Source: a virus (Duplodnaviria; Caudoviricetes). From it: 42,959 bases of DNA. The stretch spans positions 1-42,959 of the IMG/VR virus record IMGVR_UViG_3300025675_000039; one strand, 5' to 3'. The translations under genes were made by a program, and so were the position numbers. Under the pieces are notes generated by a model. It was not told the origin of the DNA. It saw only the letters and a list, made by a program, of their open reading frames with translations, and ran no database searches. Each line of letters begins with the position of its first letter. The first letter of the stretch is position 1. Below, piece after piece: positions 36,053 to 42,959 of this stretch.

Positions 36053-36777
36053 CACTGGGCGACGACCGCCGCGTTCGGCGTGGCGTTGCCGGCCGCGGTG
36101 ATCTCGTTCAGCTTGGTCGCCAGCTCCTTCACCGCGTCGGCGATCGCCGCGAAGGCGGCGTCAGCGTCCGCCTTCGAGGTAGCGTCGGTGGTGCCGTCGG
36201 TCCCGGTGTCGGTGTCGATGTCGGCCACCGTGCCGGTGTAGACCGGCGTGCCGCCCGAGTTGTCGGTCAGCTTGGCGACGCCGGTCGCCTCGCACAGCTG
36301 ATTGATCTCCCAAGCGAGCTGGGCGACGGTGTTCTTGACGTTGCCGAGCACCGTGTTGAGGCCCGCGGCGTTGGCGCCGTCGGTGGCCGAGGCGGTGAAC
36401 GACTGGGTCACGGCAGCGACCGTGCCGTCGGTCACGTCAGCCAGGCTGTTGGTCACCGTGCGGGCCGGCACCACCGCGTTGACCGCGATCACCTGGTCGG
36501 CGATCTCGGCCAGGGCCTCGGTCACCGTGCCCAACGCGGTCTCGACCGCCGCCTTCGTGGCGAGGTCGGTGCCGGCGCTGTCGTAGGGCGTCACGTCGGG
36601 AATGGCCGCGATCGTACCGTCCGCCGCAGCGCCACCGGAGTTGTCGGTCAGATCCGACACGCCCGACGCGGCGCGCAGGGCGTCATTCTGGGCGAGCGCG
36701 CGAACGACCCGGGCCAGCTTGCCCTCGGTCACCCCGGCACCGCCACCGAACTCGTGCAGCTTGACGTACTCGGTCAT
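36052..36777 (-). CDS. Putative virion structural protein with internal repeat
   Basis: Ala/Thr/Asp-rich; LTDNSGG occurs twice; lies in the neck-tail region. Confidence 0.7.
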   Translation of the reverse strand: MTEYVKLHEFGGGAGVTEGKLARVVRALAQNDALRAASGVSDLTDNSGGAAADGTIAAIPDVTPYDSAGTDLATKAAVETALGTVTEALAEIADQVIAVNAVVPARTVTNSLADVTDGTVAAVTQSFTASATDGANAAGLNTVLGNVKNTVAQLAWEINQLCEATGVAKLTDNSGGTPVYTGTVADIDTDTGTDGTTDATSKADADAAFAAIADAVKELATKLNEITAAGNATPNAAVVAQ

Positions 36778-36789
36778 GGGTCTCTCTCC

Positions 36790-37260
36790 TTACCTGGCCT
36801 GGCGCGGGTCGCCCGCCTGATGCCTATACTCGATCGCCAGGATCACCGCGCCCGAGGTGCGCCGGCGGTCCTGCTCGTCGATGTAGGACTCGTTCCTGAG
36901 CTCCCGGATGTCCATCGCCAGACCGCCCAGGGTAGTGTCCTCCATCACCCGGCGACGCACGTCGCCGAGCACCCGCCGCAGCTCCTTGGCCGCGACGTCA
37001 CCGGTCGATACGAAGACGCGGAACTCGACGACCACGGTGATCGCCGCGTCGACCACGTCGTGCATCCACTCGACCGGAACCTCCTCGGTGTCGTAGACGC
37101 CGCAGGCCGCGGCCTTCTTCCAGGCGTCGTCGTCCAGCGGGGCCTCCTCGACCACCGAGAACGTAGTGGTATAGGGGTCATCTGCCGGCTCGCCCTCCTG
37201 CATGGTGCGCAGCTTGACGACCAGGGCTTCCATGATCCGTTCGCGCAGGGTGTCAGGCAT
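36790..37260 (-). CDS. Tail terminator/completion protein
   Basis: TLRERIMEAL...D.TLGGLA...IEYR..GDP; synteny. Confidence 0.75.
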   Translation of the reverse strand: MPDTLRERIMEALVVKLRTMQEGEPADDPYTTTFSVVEEAPLDDDAWKKAAACGVYDTEEVPVEWMHDVVDAAITVVVEFRVFVSTGDVAAKELRRVLGDVRRRVMEDTTLGGLAMDIRELRNESYIDEQDRRRTSGAVILAIEYRHQAGDPRQAR

Positions 37261-37897
37261 CGATGGCCTCCCGCGCCATCCGGCTCATAGCCCGGTCGAC
37301 GAACAGCGGCAGACCCGCCTGCAGCGTGTCGCGCATGCCGAGCCGGGCCGGGATGGTGACCTCCTTCTTCAGCACATAGAGCGGCACGATCCGCCCGGCG
37401 CGCTTCTGGACGATAAGCAGGTTGCCCGCCTTCGAGGTGATCACGAAGGTGTCGTGCCAGTCCCGCGCCGACCGCTTCTTGGGCGTGCCGTCAGGGTTCA
37501 GCGCCGGCGGCAGCGGGATCGTCAGGTACTTCGCCCGCTTCGCCCGGATCGTCGCGCCATATTCATGCGTACGCAGATAGCCGACGCCGCCGATGGAGCC
37601 CTGGATGTCGGCCAGCGTGGAGCCGCGAACATCGATACTCTGTGCAATCGATTGCAGCGCCCGGCCGGACCGGCGCGACAGGGTCTTCGGGCCGGTACCG
37701 CCCGGCCAGGGATTGCCGTGACGCTGCTGCATCGCCCGCGATACGCCGTCGAGGAAGGTGCGCAGCTCGCGCTTCAGGGCCGGCGCCATGCGCTCCGGCG
37801 CCTTGTTCAGGCTGGCGGCGAAGGCGCGCAGTCCCTGCTCGGCGCTGCGGTAGCGCTGATTGCGGAACTCGAACTCGAAGGCGATCTCCTCGGCCAT
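37253..37897 (-). CDS. Neck/virion morphogenesis protein
   Basis: LSRRSGRALQSI, YLRTHEYGATIRAKRAKYLTIP, VTIPAR; start MAEEIAF. Confidence 0.75.
   Translation of the reverse strand: MAEEIAFEFEFRNQRYRSAEQGLRAFAASLNKAPERMAPALKRELRTFLDGVSRAMQQRHGNPWPGGTGPKTLSRRSGRALQSIAQSIDVRGSTLADIQGSIGGVGYLRTHEYGATIRAKRAKYLTIPLPPALNPDGTPKKRSARDWHDTFVITSKAGNLLIVQKRAGRIVPLYVLKKEVTIPARLGMRDTLQAGLPLFVDRAMSRMAREAIDA
37643..37656. repeat. Dispersed palindrome copy 12 (TGCAATCGATTGCA, perfect palindrome)
   Basis: Inside the neck gene, encoding LQSIA. Confidence 0.95.
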
Positions 37898-37907
37898 ACC
37901 CGCCCCC

Positions 37908-38522
37908 TCAATACGGCAGCACCGCGTCCGGCATGTACCGAACGTGGGGCAGCAGGATCTGGTGAGCGTCACTCTCCAGGCCGGCCGCGTCCTTGGTCGC
38001 CTCGGCCTCCTTGAACAGCGGGTGGCTGTCGAGGCGCGCCCGGGCGAACAGCATCGCCGCCGTCTGCAGCCAGTCCGGTACCGCCGACAGGTCGTAGGTG
38101 TCGGCCTCGGTGGCGTCGGCGTCGAAGCCGGCGTCGTAGATCACCCGCAGGAAGTGGTCACCAGCGGTGAGACCTCCGACCACCAGGGTGCCTCGGGTGG
38201 CGTCGACCGTAACCTTGGCGGTCCAGGTCTCGCGCAAGTTGGCGTCGTCGAGCTGGGTCAGGGTCGACGCCCGGTACACGGTGACCGACTGGGCATCGAC
38301 GAAGCCCTGCCGCAGCTTGACCTTCGGATGGAAGATCACCCCGGCCGGGACGACCTGGATGTAGAAGGTGTCGGCGATGTTGGCGTTGTCGAACTCGGTG
38401 CGCAGCAGGGTGGCACAGCGGCCGGTGGCCGCGTCCAGCGCGAACTCGATCGCCCGATTGATATCGGGGATGTCGTCGAAGCCCATGGCTTCCCGCAAAT
38501 CCTGCACGCGCGCCAGACGCAT
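37908..38522 (-). CDS. Head-tail adaptor protein
   Basis: RVIYDAGF...VPDWLQTAA motif; synteny. Confidence 0.75.
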   Translation of the reverse strand: MRLARVQDLREAMGFDDIPDINRAIEFALDAATGRCATLLRTEFDNANIADTFYIQVVPAGVIFHPKVKLRQGFVDAQSVTVYRASTLTQLDDANLRETWTAKVTVDATRGTLVVGGLTAGDHFLRVIYDAGFDADATEADTYDLSAVPDWLQTAAMLFARARLDSHPLFKEAEATKDAAGLESDAHQILLPHVRYMPDAVLPY

Positions 38523-38535
38523 GGCTCACCTCGCC

Positions 38536-38877
38536 TCAGACGCCCACCGCGCCTTCGGTGTCGTCGCCGGCCCCATTGGCGGCCTCGGTCTTCTCGGTCG
38601 TGGCCTTGACGTCGCCCTGGGCGGTCGGGGTCTCGGTCTTCGCCCCGTCCTGCTTGGGCGGATCGTCCTTGGCCTTCTGGGTGATCTTCACCCCGCCCTT
38701 CCTGCCGTCGCCGGCCCGGGGCGCCTGGGGCTTGACGTCCGAGAAGTCGACCGAGAACTGACCGGTATCCGCCAGGTATCGAGCGGTCTCCACGTCCACC
38801 TGGACCGGCTGGCCCCGGCGGAACGAGAGGCCCTTGACGAAATAGCTCGCCGGGCCCTTGAGCACTGCCTTCGGCAT
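38536..38877 (-). CDS. YqbF-like small head-region protein
   Basis: KAVLKGPASYFVKGLSFRRGQPVQV...YL resembles the YqbF domain; follows the capsid gene. Confidence 0.55.
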   Translation of the reverse strand: MPKAVLKGPASYFVKGLSFRRGQPVQVDVETARYLADTGQFSVDFSDVKPQAPRAGDGRKGGVKITQKAKDDPPKQDGAKTETPTAQGDVKATTEKTEAANGAGDDTEGAVGV

Positions 38878-38911
38878 CCTGTCCGCACTCCTTTGCTTCG
38901 ATCAGGCAACA

Positions 38912-38941
38912 GCGGCGGGAGGGGCCTGGACCTCCCGCCGC
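38912..38941 (-). terminator. Hairpin after the major capsid gene
   Basis: 11-bp stem GCGGCGGGAGG/CCTCCCGCCGC; weak U tract. Confidence 0.55.
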
Positions 38942-38956
38942 CGCTCACCGCCGGGA

Positions 38957-39943
38957 TTACGCCGCGGCGATGTTCTGGTAGGTGACCACCGCCTCGGCTT
39001 CCTCGATCTGGACGTCGATGCGGGCGGTCAGGACGATGATGTAGACGCGGGCGGTGATGTCCTTGTCGTACTCCATCGACACCTGGCGCTGGATGCCGAA
39101 CAGCAGGTTCAGCGGGTTGCAGTACAGCCCCTTCTCGTCCGGCATCAGCGCCACCGGGGTGATCGCCGAGCCGAAGGCGCGCAGCTCGCTGGTGCCCTGG
39201 ACGGTGGCGTCGCCGTAGCCGGTCTGGCGGTCGGCGACCATGTCGCGGTAGTGCGTCTCGTTGTCGAACGAGATGAAGTGCCGCATCGACGCCTTGTTGC
39301 GCAGATACTTGTCCGGCATGGTCTTGACCGCGTCGCGGAACATCTGCCGCGAGATGGTCGCATTGGCGACGTCGAGCACGTTGCCGTTGTCGTTGGCCAG
39401 CTTGAGGTAGCCATCGACCAGCGACAGGTAGTCCTCGTCGTCCTGGTCGCCCGCGTTGGTGTACGCAGTGTCGCCAAGAATGGCGAGCTCCTCCATGTCG
39501 AGCGCGGCCCGCTCGGCGATCAGGGTGATCAGCGTGTCCTTCAGACCGCCCATCTGCGCCTGGTTCGACGGCGAGTTGGTCGCCGCGGTCGCCCGCTCGA
39601 TGTTGTCCTCGACCACATCGTAGGGCAGCCGCACCTCGGCGATGACCTCCTTGGTGTTGAGCTCGATCTGCTCGGTGGTCGGCTTGCTGCGCTGGGCCTC
39701 GGTCAGCGCCGTCGCCGAGACGGCCTTGCGCAGGATGCGCGAGCCGAAGCCGATCTTGTTGATCTTGCGCTGCGGCGCGTTCATCTCGACCACACGGGAC
39801 ACCCGCATGATCACCGGCTGGTCGATCAGCTTGCGGATGAAGGTGGCCCCTTCTTCCGGGGGCAGAAGACCACCCTTGGTGCCGCCGGACAGGTCGGCGA
39901 GCGTCATGTCGGCCTTCTGCAGCAGGTCCTGATTGCTGGACAT
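38957..39943 (-). CDS. Major capsid protein (XkdG-like, HK97 fold)
   Basis: GGLLPPEE..F, INKIGFGSRILRKA, EDNIE, DMEELAILGD, NPLNLLFGIQR; GGAGG RBS at start 39943. Confidence 0.92.
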   Translation of the reverse strand: MSSNQDLLQKADMTLADLSGGTKGGLLPPEEGATFIRKLIDQPVIMRVSRVVEMNAPQRKINKIGFGSRILRKAVSATALTEAQRSKPTTEQIELNTKEVIAEVRLPYDVVEDNIERATAATNSPSNQAQMGGLKDTLITLIAERAALDMEELAILGDTAYTNAGDQDDEDYLSLVDGYLKLANDNGNVLDVANATISRQMFRDAVKTMPDKYLRNKASMRHFISFDNETHYRDMVADRQTGYGDATVQGTSELRAFGSAITPVALMPDEKGLYCNPLNLLFGIQRQVSMEYDKDITARVYIIVLTARIDVQIEEAEAVVTYQNIAAA

Positions 39944-39991
39944 CGTGTCCTCCGTTCCTTCGGACAATCGGGTTACGGGACGGCTCTGCGG

Positions 39992-41119
39992 TCAGTTTGG
40001 CCGACCAAATGCCGTATCCATCAGCGGCGGCGCGCCGTTGACCTTGCCCGACTTGCGGGCTCGGACATCCGGATCATCCACCGCGGTGCTGCGCACCGTG
40101 CCGGTGACAGCCCTCTCCGCCTTCTGGGCGGTCTCCTCGGCCTCTTCGATCCGCTCCTCGAACGAGGTCATGCGGTCGGACAGGCCGGACACGTTCTCGG
40201 CGGTCTTCTGCACCTGGGCCGTCAGCTCCTCGACCGCCTTGAGAACCTGTCGGGTCGCGTCGTCGGCCGAAGCCACCGGCGCTGGATCGTCCTTGGCGGC
40301 GGTCTCCGGATCGGCCGGGTCGTCGCTGTCGGCCTCGTCATCCGCGGCTTCCGCCTTCTGGCTCTTGGCAAAGCGCTCGACCGAGTTGGCCTTCGGCGCT
40401 TCGGCCTTCTTGGCCTTCTCGTCCTCGGCCTTCTTCGCCGCGGCGGCGTCGGCCTTGGTCTTCTCGACGTCGGCCTTCAGGGCCTTAACCTCGTCGTCGG
40501 TCAGAGCGACCGCCTCGGTCTTGAACGCCTTGGCCGGGATACCGCTGGCCAGCGCCGTGACGTAGCTGCGGAAGTCGTCGACCGCCTTGGAGATCTTCTC
40601 CGCCGCCTCGTCCGGGGACTCGGCCTTCTCCATCACGTTCTGGATGGTGTAGGTCATCGACTTCATCGCCACGTCGACCGTCGGGTAGAAGCCCTCGGTG
40701 TGCAGCAGCTCGCCGAAGGTCGTGTCGTCCATGTTGAACGACTCGAACGCCTTGGCGATGTCGACGTTGAGGCCGAGCGCCAGGTCGTCGTCGATCTTGT
40801 AGACCGAGGCGACGTCGCCGGCGGCGTCGGGCTGCTGGAAGACCAGGACGCCGTCCTGCTCGACCGGCTCGTCGACGGTGTAGCCGGCCTTGGTCAGGCG
40901 GGCCTTGACCAGGTCGAGATCGGCGCCCTTGCGGACGATCGCGGCAACCACGGCCGGCGCGGGAGCCGCCTCGCGCTTCTGGAAGAGCGTGCTCAGGTTG
41001 ATCATCTCTCCATCCTTCTTCTGGATGCGAAACGGGATGCGGTTGGCTCCCCGCTTTACCAGCGAGACGTGGGACACCTCGCAATCGACGAGCCGGTTGG
41101 CCTTCATCTTCACCGGCAT
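39992..41119 (-). CDS. Capsid scaffolding protein with N-terminal protease-like strand motif
   Basis: Charged Ala/Lys/Glu coiled coil upstream of the capsid gene; N-terminal LVDCEVSHVSLVKRGAN. Confidence 0.7.
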   Translation of the reverse strand: MPVKMKANRLVDCEVSHVSLVKRGANRIPFRIQKKDGEMINLSTLFQKREAAPAPAVVAAIVRKGADLDLVKARLTKAGYTVDEPVEQDGVLVFQQPDAAGDVASVYKIDDDLALGLNVDIAKAFESFNMDDTTFGELLHTEGFYPTVDVAMKSMTYTIQNVMEKAESPDEAAEKISKAVDDFRSYVTALASGIPAKAFKTEAVALTDDEVKALKADVEKTKADAAAAKKAEDEKAKKAEAPKANSVERFAKSQKAEAADDEADSDDPADPETAAKDDPAPVASADDATRQVLKAVEELTAQVQKTAENVSGLSDRMTSFEERIEEAEETAQKAERAVTGTVRSTAVDDPDVRARKSGKVNGAPPLMDTAFGRPN

Positions 41120-41697
41120 TTCAGTAGCTCCACGAACGAGAAACGGTGCGTGTGCCCATCAGCCGCCGGCTCGGTGACCGTCCCCTTGACGATCTTGTGC
41201 CAGTGGCCGTCCGCGGCCGGCTTGGTGCGACCGCCCAGGAACTTGCCCTCGGGGTCGAAGTCGACGACGAACTCGTGGTCGTGGCCGGCCCCGTCGTCGG
41301 TCTTGCCGATCACCTGGGGCGGAACATCGAGCTCGATCTCGGTCGGCAGGCGCTTGCCCTTGACCTCCATCGAGAAGCCGTTGATCTCGCCCGACTTGAC
41401 CAGCGACCACAGCTCCGGGTCCGGGATGTGCACTCCGACCACCCAGGAACCGGGGATGAACAGCGGGTCGTCATCACGGGCGATGAAGCTCTCGACGATG
41501 CAGGAGCCGGTCTCGACGTTGTCGTGCTCGAGGTCGACCTTCATCAGGTTGCCGGCCCGCATGAAGCCGTAGGCGGCCTCGCGGACGTCGTCCGGCGTCA
41601 TCACGTCGCCCTGGCTGTCGGGATAGCCCGGCGCGTACACCTCGCCAAAGACGAGCTGCTGCTCCTGGTCGACCTTCTTGATCGTCAGATCCGACAT
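41110..41697 (-). CDS. XkdF-like prohead serine protease
   Basis: QQLVFGEVYAP..DSQGD, DLEH, IVESFIA, GSWVVG, GEINGFSMEV; C-terminal GHxH repeats. Confidence 0.88.
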   Translation of the reverse strand: MSDLTIKKVDQEQQLVFGEVYAPGYPDSQGDVMTPDDVREAAYGFMRAGNLMKVDLEHDNVETGSCIVESFIARDDDPLFIPGSWVVGVHIPDPELWSLVKSGEINGFSMEVKGKRLPTEIELDVPPQVIGKTDDGAGHDHEFVVDFDPEGKFLGGRTKPAADGHWHKIVKGTVTEPAADGHTHRFSFVELLKCR

Positions 41698-41756
41698 CGG
41701 CTCCCAGCCCCGGACGATCGCATTCGTCCCGAACCGTACCGGCGGTCGAATCAGCG

Positions 41757-41770
41757 TACAATCAATTGCA
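41757..41770. repeat. Dispersed palindrome copy 13 (TACAATCAATTGCA, 1 mismatch), intergenic before the protease
   Basis: Read directly. Confidence 0.8.
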
Positions 41771-41820
41771 AAGGCAGCGGTACAACACCTGCACCATCGA
41801 CACGGCGTCGAACCCCAGGT

Positions 41821-41979
41821 CTAGTCTTCGACAGACCGGTCCGGGTGGCGCGGCGGCAGAGGCTGTTCGGTCTTGCCTAGCTTCTGCTTCTGGAACTCGC
41901 TGTAGGGCATGCCGTCGACCAGCAGCTCGTTGAGTGGCACCTGCATCTTGTCCAGCTTGTCGTCGTTTTCGCCGGTCAT
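41821..41979 (-). CDS. Small protein (52 aa), candidate immunity protein for the MuF-ART
   Basis: ATGA-coupled to the MuF-ART stop; MTGENDDKLDKMQVPLNELLVDGMPYSEF... Confidence 0.45.
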   Translation of the reverse strand: MTGENDDKLDKMQVPLNELLVDGMPYSEFQKQKLGKTEQPLPPRHPDRSVED

Positions 41980-42959
41980 GGCACCACCTCTACGTCGATG
42001 AAAGTCACCGTCTGCTGCACATCCTCGTTGCGCCTATCCTTGATCAACAGCGTTTCGTCGCTCACACCCAACACCCGGTACTTCGTGCCCCGCTCCAGCA
42101 GGACCTCATAGTCCCAAGCATCTGCCGCGATCGCCTTGGTTCCGGCCGGCACGCGGATGCGGAAGATCGTCGTATCCTCGACAAACCGTCCTCCGAAATA
42201 AGCTGCCCTTGCCGGCGCCACCGTGGTTGACGAGTAGCCCAGATCGGTGATCACCGATCCGACCAGATCATCCAACTCTGTGCGCCCTCCAAACGTCTTG
42301 GACGGAACACCGCGGAACACCAGTTCATCCGTCTGCAGGGGCACCATCGCGCTGTCGATAAGCTCGACCGTAGGTTTGATGTCGGAACTGAGACTCCCTT
42401 GGCGCAGCTCGGCATTGATCGTGCGATGACCCTCGCCGATGTAATCGCTGACCGCACTACGCACAGCCGCATCCGCTATGTCATTGCGGTCCAGCAGGTT
42501 GTTGCGGTCCATCACCCGACCATAATGCTCAAAGATCTCCGCCTTGGTCAGTCGAGCATCGGTCACCCCATTCTCGAACTTCACTGGCGAATTGGCAAAC
42601 GCCGCCGCACCTGGCGTACCTGCCTGCTCGGCCTGGGTCGCAGGGCCCTCCTCGGTGATCCAGCGCTTCGATCCGGGCGGGAACTCCTCGGTCACCGTGC
42701 CTACCGTCTGCATCACGCCGCGGCACAACGGGTGATAGGGCGGCGCATCGAGGCCCTGGGCCTGCAAGTCGGCCGGCAGCGTCTGGTACAGCCGGTCGAG
42801 GCTCTCGACATCCTGGCGTGGCCAGGGTGCAATCGATTGCAAATCGTTCGGGTCCTGGGTCCGCAGCGCCCTATCGACCCGGGAGAACGCCTGCGCCACC
42901 TCGAAGGTCTTGCCGTGCATGTACTGGCACACCGGACAGGTCCGGTGTGCCAGTACATG
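41976..42959 (-). CDS. MuF/SPP1-gp7-like minor head protein with C-terminal ADP-ribosyltransferase domain (5'-truncated by the window)
   Basis: RTCPVC..MHG...PPYHPLCR MuF signature; Y...IN.ELR, VFRG, YSSTT, DYEVLL.RG (R-S-E ART motifs). Confidence 0.85.
   Translation of the reverse strand, partial: HVLAHRTCPVCQYMHGKTFEVAQAFSRVDRALRTQDPNDLQSIAPWPRQDVESLDRLYQTLPADLQAQGLDAPPYHPLCRGVMQTVGTVTEEFPPGSKRWITEEGPATQAEQAGTPGAAAFANSPVKFENGVTDARLTKAEIFEHYGRVMDRNNLLDRNDIADAAVRSAVSDYIGEGHRTINAELRQGSLSSDIKPTVELIDSAMVPLQTDELVFRGVPSKTFGGRTELDDLVGSVITDLGYSSTTVAPARAAYFGGRFVEDTTIFRIRVPAGTKAIAADAWDYEVLLERGTKYRVLGVSDETLLIKDRRNEDVQQTVTFIDVEVVP
42828..42841. repeat. Dispersed palindrome copy 14 (TGCAATCGATTGCA, perfect palindrome)
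   Basis: Inside MuF, encoding LQSIA. Confidence 0.95.
42918..42959. repeat. Perfect 20-bp terminal inverted repeat (fold-back)
   Basis: CATGTACTGGCACACCGGAC-AG-GTCCGGTGTGCCAGTACATG ends the window. Confidence 0.9.

Larger units (their letters stand above)
1..42959 (-). mobile_element. Temperate siphovirus / prophage (partial genome)
   Basis: Integrase, replication, lysis, non-contractile tail and head modules; terminase, portal and att sites are not in the window. Confidence 0.97.

Noticed and set aside
25476-41572. Very long plus-strand ORFs (25476-28667, 30611-34144, 38858-41572 and others)
   Set aside because: Antisense shadows of well-supported minus-strand genes; high GC3 removes stop codons on the opposite strand, and the translations have no recognisable motifs
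3115-42841. Palindrome as a canonical parS, a restriction site or a by-product of protein sequence
   Set aside because: It does not match the TGTTTCACGTGAAACA parS consensus and is too long and enriched for a restriction site. It occurs in different reading frames, in unrelated proteins and between genes, using rare codons.

Overview
A 43-kb segment of a high-GC temperate siphovirus or prophage, probably of a Gram-negative (proteobacterial) host. Every credible gene is on the minus strand. In transcription order (right to left) the modules are: (1) MuF minor head protein with a C-terminal ADP-ribosyltransferase domain, truncated at the window edge; (2) XkdF-type prohead protease, scaffold, major capsid and neck genes; (3) tail tube, frameshifted tail chaperones, tape measure and a lambda-like M-L-K-I-J tail tip with a 1401-aa modular beta-helix protein inserted between M and L; (4) tail fibres; (5) a lysis cassette of endolysin, holin-lipoprotein fusion and alpha/beta hydrolase; (6) a replication/recombination block of initiator with iterons, degenerate DnaC, DnaB, primase, gp32-like SSB, SF2 helicase, RecA, Hjc-like and RuvC resolvases and a Cas4-like nuclease; (7) a putative DNA-binding protein, Xis and a tyrosine integrase. 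The most striking unexplained signal is an AT-rich palindrome, TGCAAT-N1-2-ATTGCA, found 14 times (11 perfect) about every 3 kb across all modules. Most copies lie inside coding sequence, and one overlaps the predicted promoter of an HTH-like protein that is the best candidate binder. All protein family calls come from motif recognition by eye; no database searches were run.
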